15,403 nucleotides of DNA from an uncultured archaeon (GTDB taxonomy: Archaea; Asgardarchaeota; Thorarchaeia; Thorarchaeales; Thorarchaeaceae), in NCBI GenBank assembly GCA_964458565.1, contig CAYWJO010000064.1, forward strand, positions 1 to 15,403. Direction: 5' to 3'. Made by a program: the position numbers and the translations under genes. Each line of letters starts with the position of its first letter. Within the stretch, counting starts at the first letter, position 1. Below are positions 7,363 through 15,403 of this stretch, piece after piece. Below the pieces are notes generated by a model. That model was not told the origin of the DNA. It was given only the letters and a program-made list of their open reading frames with translations, and did not search any database.

Positions 7363-10341
7363 ATGATTACGGGGAGCGATAGAATGGTAATCAATATGTC
7401 AAGAATGAATGAGCGATTGTGGGGATTCTCACTGTTCTTCATATTGGTTCTTCTTCCACATGGCGTATTTCCTAATGTAAATTCTAACGTTAGTCAGGCA
7501 GATGGAGCATCCCAAAATGATGAGTCATTCCAACCATCCATTACACAGGCACTCGACAATGCAGCTCGCTCATTCTTTGTAGAGAACGTGGGGCAAATAA
7601 ACTCCTCCTCAGTGTTATTTTATGGCTATATAGATACATTCTATGTCAGCCTTGGTAATGATGGAATCCAGCTGTACGAATTATCTACAGGCAGGACTCT
7701 CAAGTTAGAGTTTGTTAACTCTCAGGGTCTCGTACTTCACGCATTGGACGCTATGGATGTGAAGTACAATTTCTTTCTTGGTTCAAGGGGAGAATATATT
7801 GATGTAATGTGTTATTCTCATATTTCGTACAAGAATGTCTGGCCGCATATCAATCTCAATATTCGATTGATTGAAAATAGAGTCGAATACGAGTACATTG
7901 TTCGACCGGGAGGAAATGTATCAGACATACAAATTAAGATTATTGAACAAGCGTCTATACCATTCGAAAAGAACGAGATAGAGATAGGTTTGAAAGAACG
8001 CCAAATCGTTGAGGGTTATACTATAGGCAATCAGAAGAATCAACAGATACAGATAGATTTTGTACAGGAGGATATTGATATCTATAGTCTTCAAGTGTAT
8101 GATTATGATTGCTCTTCCACACTTATCATTGATTGTCTGATATATTCTACATATATTGGTGGTTCTGAGATTGATATTGGGAGAGATATTGCAGTCGATA
8201 AGGAGGGAAATATCTATATTACTGGTCGAACAAGTTCGACGAACTTTCCAATCCAAAATGCATATGATTCCACCTATAATGCTGGAACTGCATCTATTAC
8301 GTATGACTGTTTCATATCGAAGATTGATTCTTCGGGAGCGATAGTCTATTCTACATATGTGGGTGGTTTATTTTGGGAGGAAGGAAATGGAATCGCCGTC
8401 GATGACGAGGGAATTGCATATGTCACAGGTGGAACAAGGTCCATTGACTTTCCAACTGTGAATGGGTATGATGAGAGTTTCGGTGGTGGTTCCTATGACT
8501 GTTTCATCCTAATCCTCAATGCAACGGGAAATGGATTAGTTTATTCGACATATTTAGGTGGGGCGTTTTCAGACATGGGCCAGGATATTATAATCGATGG
8601 CGTATCTAATATTTTCATTTCTGGCAGAACTGCATCAAGTTCATTTCCTACTGTCAATGCATATGATGACACCTGGAATGATGGCTATGACTGTTTTGTA
8701 TCGAAGATGAACTCTACAGGTACGGGTCTAATATATTCAACCTATGTGGGTGGAACATTTTCATACACTCCCCCCTATGATGATCGTGATGATGTTGCAG
8801 TAGCTTTGGCAGTTGACACTTTTGGGAATGCCTATGTTTCAGGCTACACGAACTCGTTGTATTTTCCCACTGTCAATGCGTATGATGACACTCTGGGCTC
8901 GTGGAATACCGAGGATTGTTTTGTCTTCAAGCTGAATGCCACCGGCAATGGTCTCATATATTCCACCTACATTGGTGGTACGGGACAGGACCAAGCCACA
9001 GATATTACCATCGATGCTGAGGGATGCGCCTACATCACAGGCCTCACGCAGTCTACAGACTTTCCACTGGTTGGTGCACTTGATTCGACTCTCAATGGCA
9101 CATCGGACTCATTTCTCGTCAAACTCTCTCCAGAAGGAGATCAGCTCCTCTATTCCACCCTTCTGGGTGGAAATGACACCGACTCGGGGCAGTCATTGAT
9201 GTGTGATGCCCTGAACAACATCTATCTTGGCGGTACCACCACTTCGCCAGACTTTCCTGTGGTCAATGGTGTTGAGTATGATGGAAACGGGAGTGCAGAC
9301 TGTTTTGTACTCAAGCTGAACATCACCGCAAACAGCATCATGTACTCAACATGTATGGGAGGTACTATGGATGACTCCCTGTTATCCCTCGTTATCGATT
9401 CTTACGGGACAGTCTATGCCACTGGTAGTACTTATTCCGACGATTTTCCCATGGTTGACCCCTATGATGACACTCAAAACGGAGAGAGTGATGTCTTTGT
9501 GTTCCTGCTTCCAGATTTTGGAGACTCGGATTCAGATGGCATACCGGACTATAATGAGTCTCTCTATGGCACTGACAGGTTCTTAGCTGACTCAGATTTT
9601 GATGGGCTCGGAGACTTCGATGAGATTTTCACGTATCTCACCAATCCGCTCTCGAATGACAGTGACTCTGATGCTCTTGATGACTTTTCAGAGGTCATGG
9701 TCTACCTCACAAATCCATTGAATAACGATTCTGACTCGGACTTCATGAGTGATGGCTGGGAGGTCCTGTACACACTAGACCCACTAGACCCGACTGATGC
9801 TGGCCTGGATTTAGATAATGACACACTCTTGAACCTCGGTGAGTATCAGCATGGTACGCTTCCTGACAACTGGGACACTGACTCTGATTTGATGAGCGAT
9901 GGATGGGAGGTACAATATGGACTGAATCCCCTGGACCCGACTGATGCCACAGGTGATCTTGATGCAGACTTCCTCACGAACTTGCAAGAATATGAGCTTG
10001 GTACAAATCCACGCTCAAGCGATAGTGATCTTGATGGGATTCCAGACAACTGGGAGGTCTCCATGGGATTCGACCCTCTCGATCCCACTGTCCCCCTCAT
10101 AGAATATCTCCTGTACAACCTTCACATCACAATCCTTGTGAGCGTTTTTATTGTAGGTGTTTGTGTTGGGCTCATCTACCGTCTTCGACCCCGTCTGGAG
10201 CGTCGAAAGATGAGGAAGGAACAGGAAGAAGAACACAAGGAGATCGAGGAGGGTATCAGGGATCTGGGAGGGCATGATACAAGAGATACACAGAATGGCA
10301 TAGATGACAGGGAGAACGGTGGAGATACCAAAAAACCCTAG
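7363..10341 (+). CDS. Large membrane-anchored SBBP beta-propeller repeat protein with many DxDxD repeats
   Basis: 992 aa (true start may be a later Met); N-terminal FVENVGQ-type domain typical of SBBP proteins; about 7 SBBP repeats; multiple DSDxDGxxDxxE...GxxP repeats; C-terminal TM and charged tail. Confidence 0.85.
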   Translation: MITGSDRMVINMSRMNERLWGFSLFFILVLLPHGVFPNVNSNVSQADGASQNDESFQPSITQALDNAARSFFVENVGQINSSSVLFYGYIDTFYVSLGNDGIQLYELSTGRTLKLEFVNSQGLVLHALDAMDVKYNFFLGSRGEYIDVMCYSHISYKNVWPHINLNIRLIENRVEYEYIVRPGGNVSDIQIKIIEQASIPFEKNEIEIGLKERQIVEGYTIGNQKNQQIQIDFVQEDIDIYSLQVYDYDCSSTLIIDCLIYSTYIGGSEIDIGRDIAVDKEGNIYITGRTSSTNFPIQNAYDSTYNAGTASITYDCFISKIDSSGAIVYSTYVGGLFWEEGNGIAVDDEGIAYVTGGTRSIDFPTVNGYDESFGGGSYDCFILILNATGNGLVYSTYLGGAFSDMGQDIIIDGVSNIFISGRTASSSFPTVNAYDDTWNDGYDCFVSKMNSTGTGLIYSTYVGGTFSYTPPYDDRDDVAVALAVDTFGNAYVSGYTNSLYFPTVNAYDDTLGSWNTEDCFVFKLNATGNGLIYSTYIGGTGQDQATDITIDAEGCAYITGLTQSTDFPLVGALDSTLNGTSDSFLVKLSPEGDQLLYSTLLGGNDTDSGQSLMCDALNNIYLGGTTTSPDFPVVNGVEYDGNGSADCFVLKLNITANSIMYSTCMGGTMDDSLLSLVIDSYGTVYATGSTYSDDFPMVDPYDDTQNGESDVFVFLLPDFGDSDSDGIPDYNESLYGTDRFLADSDFDGLGDFDEIFTYLTNPLSNDSDSDALDDFSEVMVYLTNPLNNDSDSDFMSDGWEVLYTLDPLDPTDAGLDLDNDTLLNLGEYQHGTLPDNWDTDSDLMSDGWEVQYGLNPLDPTDATGDLDADFLTNLQEYELGTNPRSSDSDLDGIPDNWEVSMGFDPLDPTVPLIEYLLYNLHITILVSVFIVGVCVGLIYRLRPRLERRKMRKEQEEEHKEIEEGIRDLGGHDTRDTQNGIDDRENGGDTKKP

Positions 10342-10396
10342 TTATAGTGGGATAGTGAGCTGTTATGTATAGAGTAGATTAAAAGTATGGTCCACA

Positions 10397-10447
10397 CGAA
10401 CTCCAACTTAGAAGGCTGGCGCCCTATCCGGGCTAGGCAACGGGCCC
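10397..10447 (-). pseudogene. tRNA-Arg(UCU) 5' fragment, intronless
   Basis: GGGCCCGTTGCCTAGCCCGGATAGGGCGCCAGCCTTCTA|AGTTGGAGTTCG: exact exon-exon junction, anticodon stem CCAGC/GTTGG; ends at the start of the T-stem. Confidence 0.85.
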
Positions 10448-10477
10448 ATAGTGCTTCGCATTGCGTTTTTGGTCGCA

Positions 10478-10501
10478 TTTGACTTAAAGAGTCTTCGATA
10501 A
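10478..10501 (-). promoter_or_regulatory. Putative tRNA promoter, copy 3
   Basis: Same invariant 24-mer. Confidence 0.7.
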
Positions 10502-10763
10502 AACAAATCCCATCCTTAACTTGGATATGGCTTGAGGTGAAGTAAGGAGAAGCCTCAGAACTACATTATATACCCTAATACTAAATCAAGAGGGATTCGA
10601 ACTCTTAAATTGGTCATGAGTGTATTACCTTATGGAAATACAATCCAGCGACTGGATGATAAATCTCATCAGAGGTGTTGCTATTATCTAAAGAGGCAAT
10701 GGTACATTATTTAAAAACAAAGTTTATTAAATAAAATTTGAGGAAATAGAATGGGGATTTGTT

Positions 10764-11588
10764 TTGGAAATGAGAAAGTGGATTAGGTATAGACTTAACA
10801 TACTAAATCTAGAACTTGATGTGTCATGGCCATCCTTTGCAATATCTTCCCTAATCGCATTACTTCTCATCACATATTCTATACTATTATTGAATACCTT
10901 CTCAAGTATTCGTACAGGATTTGGACCTGAAGGTCCCAGTAATATACCAAGAGTTGAATTCTTTGTCAATACACTAAATAGAGATACTATCAATGCTATG
11001 GGTATATCGACTTCCATCATGAATTATCTCATTATTTCAATCATCCCTCTTGTTATGTCAATCACATTTGCCAGTTCTTTTGAAAACGGTAACTTGCGAA
11101 ATTTATTATCAATGCCCATTGCAAGGAAGTCAGTATTCTTCATAAAATTCATCATTCTGTTTTCTGTAATCACCATTCCTTCTGTATTCGGTTTATTAAT
11201 TGGTACTTTTTGGTTTTTGCCAAATTCCGCTTCTCTTAAGATTCATGTATTGCTGAGTATTTCTCTGATATTGGTTATTTTTTTCAATACATCTATTTCT
11301 ATGTTAGTCGCTGTTCAAACAAAAAGTCTGATGAAGAGTACATTTCTGAGTCTTTCGATTTGTTATATCTTATTCTTATCCTCAAGCGCGAATCTAATTC
11401 CAGGACTGATGCTTGGCGTAGTAAATCCAATTCATGCAACCAATATTTACCTGGGAATTTTGCCTACAGTACAGGAATTAACATTAGGTCTTAATTTGTT
11501 ACTTCTTTCATTGGAGGGTTGTCTTGTGATATCTCTTCTGTTGTTGACTGTTTCCGTTATCAGTTTCGATAAGATTGAGATTGAATGA
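10764..11588 (+). CDS. ABC-2 type transporter permease
   Basis: About 6 TM segments; SFENGNLRNLLSMPIARKSVFFIKF motif typical of ABC-2 permeases; likely ATG start at 10770. Confidence 0.8.
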   Translation: MEMRKWIRYRLNILNLELDVSWPSFAISSLIALLLITYSILLLNTFSSIRTGFGPEGPSNIPRVEFFVNTLNRDTINAMGISTSIMNYLIISIIPLVMSITFASSFENGNLRNLLSMPIARKSVFFIKFIILFSVITIPSVFGLLIGTFWFLPNSASLKIHVLLSISLILVIFFNTSISMLVAVQTKSLMKSTFLSLSICYILFLSSSANLIPGLMLGVVNPIHATNIYLGILPTVQELTLGLNLLLLSLEGCLVISLLLLTVSVISFDKIEIE

Positions 11589-11614
11589 GGTGAGAAATAC
11601 TGCGTGCTCTCAAT

Positions 11615-12202
11615 TTGATATTTAGTCTGGGTGTGTCCTTTCTGATTATTTCTATTCTCTATGGTAGTACAGCAATATCTGGAAAGCTGCTTTATCAGGG
11701 AGAATATAGTGGTCACTTTGTAGCTGTGACTGAAGGTGTTCATATCCATGCTTGGGGGCAGGATAATAGAAATTTTACATTATATGTTTTGGATTTTGAT
11801 AATGGGTATAAAGCACTCAATGAGAGTTCACTCGAAAATGTTTCGTATGTGTGCATCTATGAGAATGTGGCTTATATAGAAATCAATGTTTTAGTACCTT
11901 CACCAGGTTGGTATGTGATTCTCGTCACACCATCAAATCCTGATGATTCAGTTATAAGATATGATATCATCATTAGTAGAAATGTCCCTCACCTTGGTCC
12001 ATTCTTTCTAGGTTTATTTCTCGTTCTTGGTTGTATCTTATTCAAAGGAAAAAAAGCTATTTCTGAACGAAATTTGTCCTTAGGGATGCCTCATGTTTTT
12101 GGAAATCAAAAGAAGTCTAAACCTGAGCAGCCAAAGTTGAATCTTATTCTCACCATATCTTATCCGGGTAGAAAAAAGTGTATAGGTGATATCTATGTGT
12201 AA
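11615..12202 (+). CDS. Hypothetical membrane protein (2 TM flanking an extracellular domain); paralog of 13910-14431
   Basis: Hydrophobic segments at the N-terminus and near the C-terminus; NRNFTLYVLDFDNGYKALNESSLENVS resembles NRSFTLYLLDYETGIKTLSEQSLKNVS; start uncertain. Confidence 0.7.
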   Translation: MIFSLGVSFLIISILYGSTAISGKLLYQGEYSGHFVAVTEGVHIHAWGQDNRNFTLYVLDFDNGYKALNESSLENVSYVCIYENVAYIEINVLVPSPGWYVILVTPSNPDDSVIRYDIIISRNVPHLGPFFLGLFLVLGCILFKGKKAISERNLSLGMPHVFGNQKKSKPEQPKLNLILTISYPGRKKCIGDIYV

Positions 12203-13121
12203 TGAAATAATGGTGTCCACAAAAGATCTAGTGAAACGTTTCAATAATATCACAGCTTTGGATAAATTGTCTCTGGAGGTTCCTTCTGGTATATTTGGCT
12301 TAATTGGACCTAATGGGGCAGGAAAGACAACACTCTTTCGTATTCTGATTGGTCTCATCTCTCCAGATGCAGGGACAGCTTATGTATGTGGACAAAATAT
12401 TGACGCACATCTATTAGAAATCAGACAACTAATAGGTGTACTTCATGAGCGTCCAGTATATCCAAAATCTCTTTCCGCAAAGCACTATTTGCAACACGTA
12501 GCAAATCTTTATGGATCCTCAAGTTCTCCGGATGAATATCTTGCATTAGTGGGTTTATCAGAATCAGTAGATAGAAAGATAGGATCTTATTCTGCAGGAA
12601 TGATTCAACGCTTAGGACTTGCTCAGGCACTTATTGGCAAACCAAAACTTGTTCTCCTTGATGAACCAACCTCAAATTTGGATGTTATAGGAAGAGAAGC
12701 CATCTTGAATTTAGTTGTTGACCTTCATCAGAAGTATAAAACATCCTTTCTAATAGCATCGCACATCCTAAGTGATTTGGAAAAAGTATGCACATCTATT
12801 GCCTTTATAAAAAAGGGGAAGGTTATCAAACAGGGAGATATCTTAGATATTGTTTGGAATCAGATGCCAAATGAATTCATCATTGTATTGTCAGATCCAA
12901 CAACATTACAGCAACATATCAAGAATGAGGATGGTATTATTGATACACATATCGCTGGTAGTAGATCATTACTAGTTGAATTAGATGAAGGGTATGAAGT
13001 GCAAGACCTTGAAGATATTGTTTCATTGATTTCAAGTCGTGAAAATATAAAAGTCTATTCAATTGAGAAGCAAAGCTCTCTAGAAGGTACTTTTCGAAGG
13101 GTGATAGAAAATGACTACTAA
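12186..13121 (+). CDS. ABC transporter ATP-binding protein (ABC-2/multidrug-type exporter)
   Basis: Walker A GPNGAGKT, signature YSAGM, Walker B LVLLDEP, H-loop ASH; likely ATG start at 12195 after SD GGTGA. Confidence 0.95.
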   Translation: MISMCNEIMVSTKDLVKRFNNITALDKLSLEVPSGIFGLIGPNGAGKTTLFRILIGLISPDAGTAYVCGQNIDAHLLEIRQLIGVLHERPVYPKSLSAKHYLQHVANLYGSSSSPDEYLALVGLSESVDRKIGSYSAGMIQRLGLAQALIGKPKLVLLDEPTSNLDVIGREAILNLVVDLHQKYKTSFLIASHILSDLEKVCTSIAFIKKGKVIKQGDILDIVWNQMPNEFIIVLSDPTTLQQHIKNEDGIIDTHIAGSRSLLVELDEGYEVQDLEDIVSLISSRENIKVYSIEKQSSLEGTFRRVIENDY

Positions 13122-13929
13122 GCTTCAACGCATGAAATCTCTGGTTAAATTTGAATTAGACGTTTCATTCAAATTTCCTCTACTTGAAATGTTATTTATT
13201 TTCTTTATTGTGATTACTACTGTTGGAGTATACGGTCAATCTCGCACACCTGCATTGTTTATTTTTCCTGGATATGATGTTTCCGAATCTGATGTGGAAT
13301 GGGTTATACAAATCATTGAAGAGATAGATATTCTTCGAGTGTCTGCGCCATTAAATATTATAACACTAATCGTATATTGTATCACGCCGCTTTTAATGTC
13401 ATTTCAAATTGCATATAATATTGAGGTTAATCTATTTAAAAGATATATTTCCTATCCAATCGGACGAAGAACACTAATAGTTTTCAGATTCATAGTTATT
13501 TGGTTTCTCTTTTGCGCTTCAACAACTATAGGGATAATAACTCCTCTCTTTTTCATGGGTGATTTAATCAACCTCGGCGTTATTATTGTCTTGCTCTCCA
13601 CATTTTATTCTACAAGTTTCTTTGTGGTTTCAGCTTCTATTTTAATTGCTGTTGCAACTAGAAAATTTTCATATTCTGTCCTTGGTGGATTGGGTTTGTC
13701 TTCTGTTCTATTAATCGTGAGCTATTTTTCTAGCCAATCATATCTCATTCGAGGAATATGCAATCCAATTTTTCTAGCTTTGGGATTTTTCACAGGTGTA
13801 CCTTTTATTGGAGGCTTTTTTGGAGATATTTTAGTAACAGATGTATTATATAGTATTTTCTTTAATCTCGCATTGGGAATCTGCGTATTCATAATCTCTT
13901 TACTAATAGTTGAAAGGATGGATGTTTAG
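13111..13929 (+). CDS. ABC-2 type transporter permease, paralog of 10764-11588
   Basis: Multi-TM; shares ELDVS, I.PL.MS, P-I-x-R, IAV and NPI motifs with the first permease; overlaps the ATPase stop. Confidence 0.8.
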   Translation: MTTKLQRMKSLVKFELDVSFKFPLLEMLFIFFIVITTVGVYGQSRTPALFIFPGYDVSESDVEWVIQIIEEIDILRVSAPLNIITLIVYCITPLLMSFQIAYNIEVNLFKRYISYPIGRRTLIVFRFIVIWFLFCASTTIGIITPLFFMGDLINLGVIIVLLSTFYSTSFFVVSASILIAVATRKFSYSVLGGLGLSSVLLIVSYFSSQSYLIRGICNPIFLALGFFTGVPFIGGFFGDILVTDVLYSIFFNLALGICVFIISLLIVERMDV

Positions 13930-14431
13930 AATGAATCAAATGAGAACCCAGAAATTCCTCATCATATTTGGAATTACTCTGATTGCACTATCTTATTCAG
14001 CAGTTGTGATTGATTCTTCAAAATCCTTATACATTCAAATTGATGAAGTTGGAGTTTATGAGGGCTTCTTTTTTGAATGTACTAGTATAGAACACATCAA
14101 AGTAACTGAGATAATGAATAGGAGCTTTACACTTTATCTACTTGACTATGAAACTGGAATAAAAACGCTATCTGAGCAGTCACTCAAGAATGTGAGTGTT
14201 CTAGAGTATCATATTGATATAATATCATATGAAGGTGATATTAGCGGTTTAGAAAACCGTTGGCTATCAATCCTGTTAACATTAGGCAATTCAACAGAAG
14301 AGATCCTATGTTATCTAACGATCACAACGAAAGGTCCAGAAATAGGATTGTTTGTTTCTGGTCTTCTATTATCTTCTATTGGACTGGTATGGATAACATA
14401 TGATTACTTTAACAATATAAAAATATATTAG
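13910..14431 (+). CDS. Hypothetical membrane protein (2 TM); paralog of 11615-12202
   Basis: Shared FTLY.LD...G.K.L.E.SL.NVS motif; likely ATG start at 13931 or 13940. Confidence 0.7.
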   Translation: MKGWMFRMNQMRTQKFLIIFGITLIALSYSAVVIDSSKSLYIQIDEVGVYEGFFFECTSIEHIKVTEIMNRSFTLYLLDYETGIKTLSEQSLKNVSVLEYHIDIISYEGDISGLENRWLSILLTLGNSTEEILCYLTITTKGPEIGLFVSGLLLSSIGLVWITYDYFNNIKIY

Positions 14432-14502
14432 TAATACTTTTAAATAATTGATGATATAACCAATTGTACAATATCCTGAATATTGTATAATGAGGTATTA
14501 TA

Positions 14503-15144
14503 ATGTGGTTAAGGAGACTTAAACTCATTTTAGTTATTCTTCTAGCTTTTGGAATGATAATACCAAATGTGTCAGCTTACACATTTACACAAGATGACGA
14601 CTCTGACTATTCTGTTGCGAATGGAGTTTATTCAATCTGGGCATTTGCTGTACGAAGCTGCAATTATGATACGGGTTTAATTGAGGTCATGGGTGCGTGG
14701 GCGAGTGCCAGTTTGCATTATGCCAAGCTGTATATTGGAATGGCTTTCACGGCACCAATATCTGGAAGAGTTCATTGCTCTGCAAAATGGACATTGAATT
14801 ATAAAATTATGGCTGGATTGAATGAGGGTGGTTATGCCAGATTATACATTCGTTACTATCTGCTATCCATTACTCAAAATGAGCTTGAATTTAAGAAGAA
14901 CATATACAAAGATACTGTTACATATGAATCTGGAGGTTATGAAACATCATCGGGCATTATCACTGAAGATGGTAGTAGCAGTGTTTATTGGGATTATCCA
15001 TTGTCAGTAAATACAACTTACTATGCAGCAGTAATGATCTACATAAAATTGTACTATGGTGGCTATGCATTCAGTCAAACAGGTACAATAATTTCCCCTA
15101 CCTATGTTTCTCTTGATGTAAGCGAAATAAATGTCTGGTCCTGA
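14503..15144 (+). CDS. Small secreted hypothetical protein
   Basis: 213 aa; signal peptide ending NVSA; SD-like GAGGT upstream; Tyr/beta-rich mature part. Confidence 0.7.
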   Translation: MWLRRLKLILVILLAFGMIIPNVSAYTFTQDDDSDYSVANGVYSIWAFAVRSCNYDTGLIEVMGAWASASLHYAKLYIGMAFTAPISGRVHCSAKWTLNYKIMAGLNEGGYARLYIRYYLLSITQNELEFKKNIYKDTVTYESGGYETSSGIITEDGSSSVYWDYPLSVNTTYYAAVMIYIKLYYGGYAFSQTGTIISPTYVSLDVSEINVWS

Positions 15145-15165
15145 AGAATAAATATTGACAACAAA

Positions 15166-15203
15166 GAAAGGCTGAGAAAACTCAACCTTTCCTATCTTTT
15201 TTT
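15166..15203 (+). terminator. Hairpin plus T-tract, putative terminator
   Basis: GAAAGG-C-TGAG-AAAA-CTCA-A-CCTTTC followed by T7 (15197-15203), just after the last gene. Confidence 0.55.
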
Positions 15204-15245
15204 AAGTTGTTAATTATTATCTCTCTTACTATGAATGATTTCAAT

Positions 15246-15328
15246 CGAACTCCAACTCGCTTCACGGATTCACCTAAGCGAACACCGTGTAGAAGACTGG
15301 TGCCCTATCCGAGCTAGGCAACGGGCCC
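15246..15328 (-). pseudogene. tRNA-Arg(UCU) 5' fragment with 32-nt BHB intron
   Basis: 5' exon 15328..15290 (3 substitutions vs copy 1), intron 15289..15258 with intact BHB, AGTTGGAGTTCG 15257..15246, then unrelated AT-rich sequence. Confidence 0.85.
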
Positions 15329-15358
15329 TTAGTGCTTCGCATTGCGTGTTTGGTCGTG

Positions 15359-15382
15359 TTTGACTTAAAGAGTCTTCGATAA
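15359..15382 (-). promoter_or_regulatory. Putative tRNA promoter, copy 4
   Basis: Same invariant 24-mer. Confidence 0.7.
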
Positions 15383-15403
15383 AACAATCGATTGGATTTT
15401 TGG

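Larger units (their letters stand above)
4861..10396. mobile_element. Cassette B: putative non-autonomous tRNA-integrated element (transglutaminase-like + SBBP protein)
   Basis: Flanked by direct repeats of the intronless tRNA fragment; variants of the 16-mer at 4966-4981 and 10374-10389. Confidence 0.6.
10448..15245. mobile_element. Cassette C: putative tRNA-integrated element (ABC exporter operon + secreted protein)
   Basis: Bounded by tRNA-Arg fragments 3 and 4; visibly more AT-rich than the adjacent end of cassette B. Confidence 0.5.

Noticed and set aside
9520-10090. Nucleotide repeats such as GACCCGACTGATGC and GACAACTGGGA
   Set aside because: Explained by the protein's DxDxD repeats.
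10588-10606. T-loop-like GAGTTCGAATCCC on the minus strand
   Set aside because: The stem is mismatched and I could not build a cloverleaf around it; may be chance or a very decayed relic.
884-15010. Short alternative-frame and antisense ORFs inside long genes (e.g. 884-1069, 1089-1400, 4012-4345, 5400-5648, 6846-7238, 7921-8344, 9846-10275, 12080-12630, 14822-15010)
   Set aside because: Shadow ORFs of well-supported CDSs with no recognisable motifs.
4777-15328. Split (trans-spliced) tRNA halves
   Set aside because: The fragments extend past the splice site into the 3' exon and the BHB forms in cis, unlike Nanoarchaeum-type halves.
1-15386. CRISPR array or classical integron attC interpretation of the repeats
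   Set aside because: Spacing is kilobases, there are no matched RYYYAAC/GTTRRRY ends in all copies, and the repeat is explained as promoter + tRNA-Arg 5' part.

Overview
Archaeal accessory region. A canonical bulge-helix-bulge tRNA intron makes it archaeal; the gene content is reminiscent of Asgard/Thorarchaeia, which is inference only. The window is a head-to-tail array of three ~5-kb gene blocks (tRNA-start spacings 4788, 5587 and 4881 bp), delimited by four direct copies of a ~105-140-bp element. Read on the minus strand, this element is a BRE/TATA-type promoter plus the 5' part of a tRNA-Arg(UCU) gene. Copy 1 (intron-containing) runs off the left edge and may be the intact tRNA. Copies 2-4 stop at the start of the T-arm: copy 4 has the intron, copy 3 has a precise intronless junction, and copy 2 is an intronless/intron chimera. 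Blocks A and B share a ~500-bp leader and signal peptide fused to unrelated secreted enzymes (metzincin-like protease vs transglutaminase-like Cys-His-Asp protein), each followed by a membrane-anchored SBBP beta-propeller/DxDxD-repeat protein. Block C is an AT-rich ABC exporter operon plus a small secreted protein. No integrase or transposase is in the window. Best interpretation: an integron-like array of non-autonomous cassettes that accumulate at the 5' half of a tRNA and bring their own tRNA promoter.
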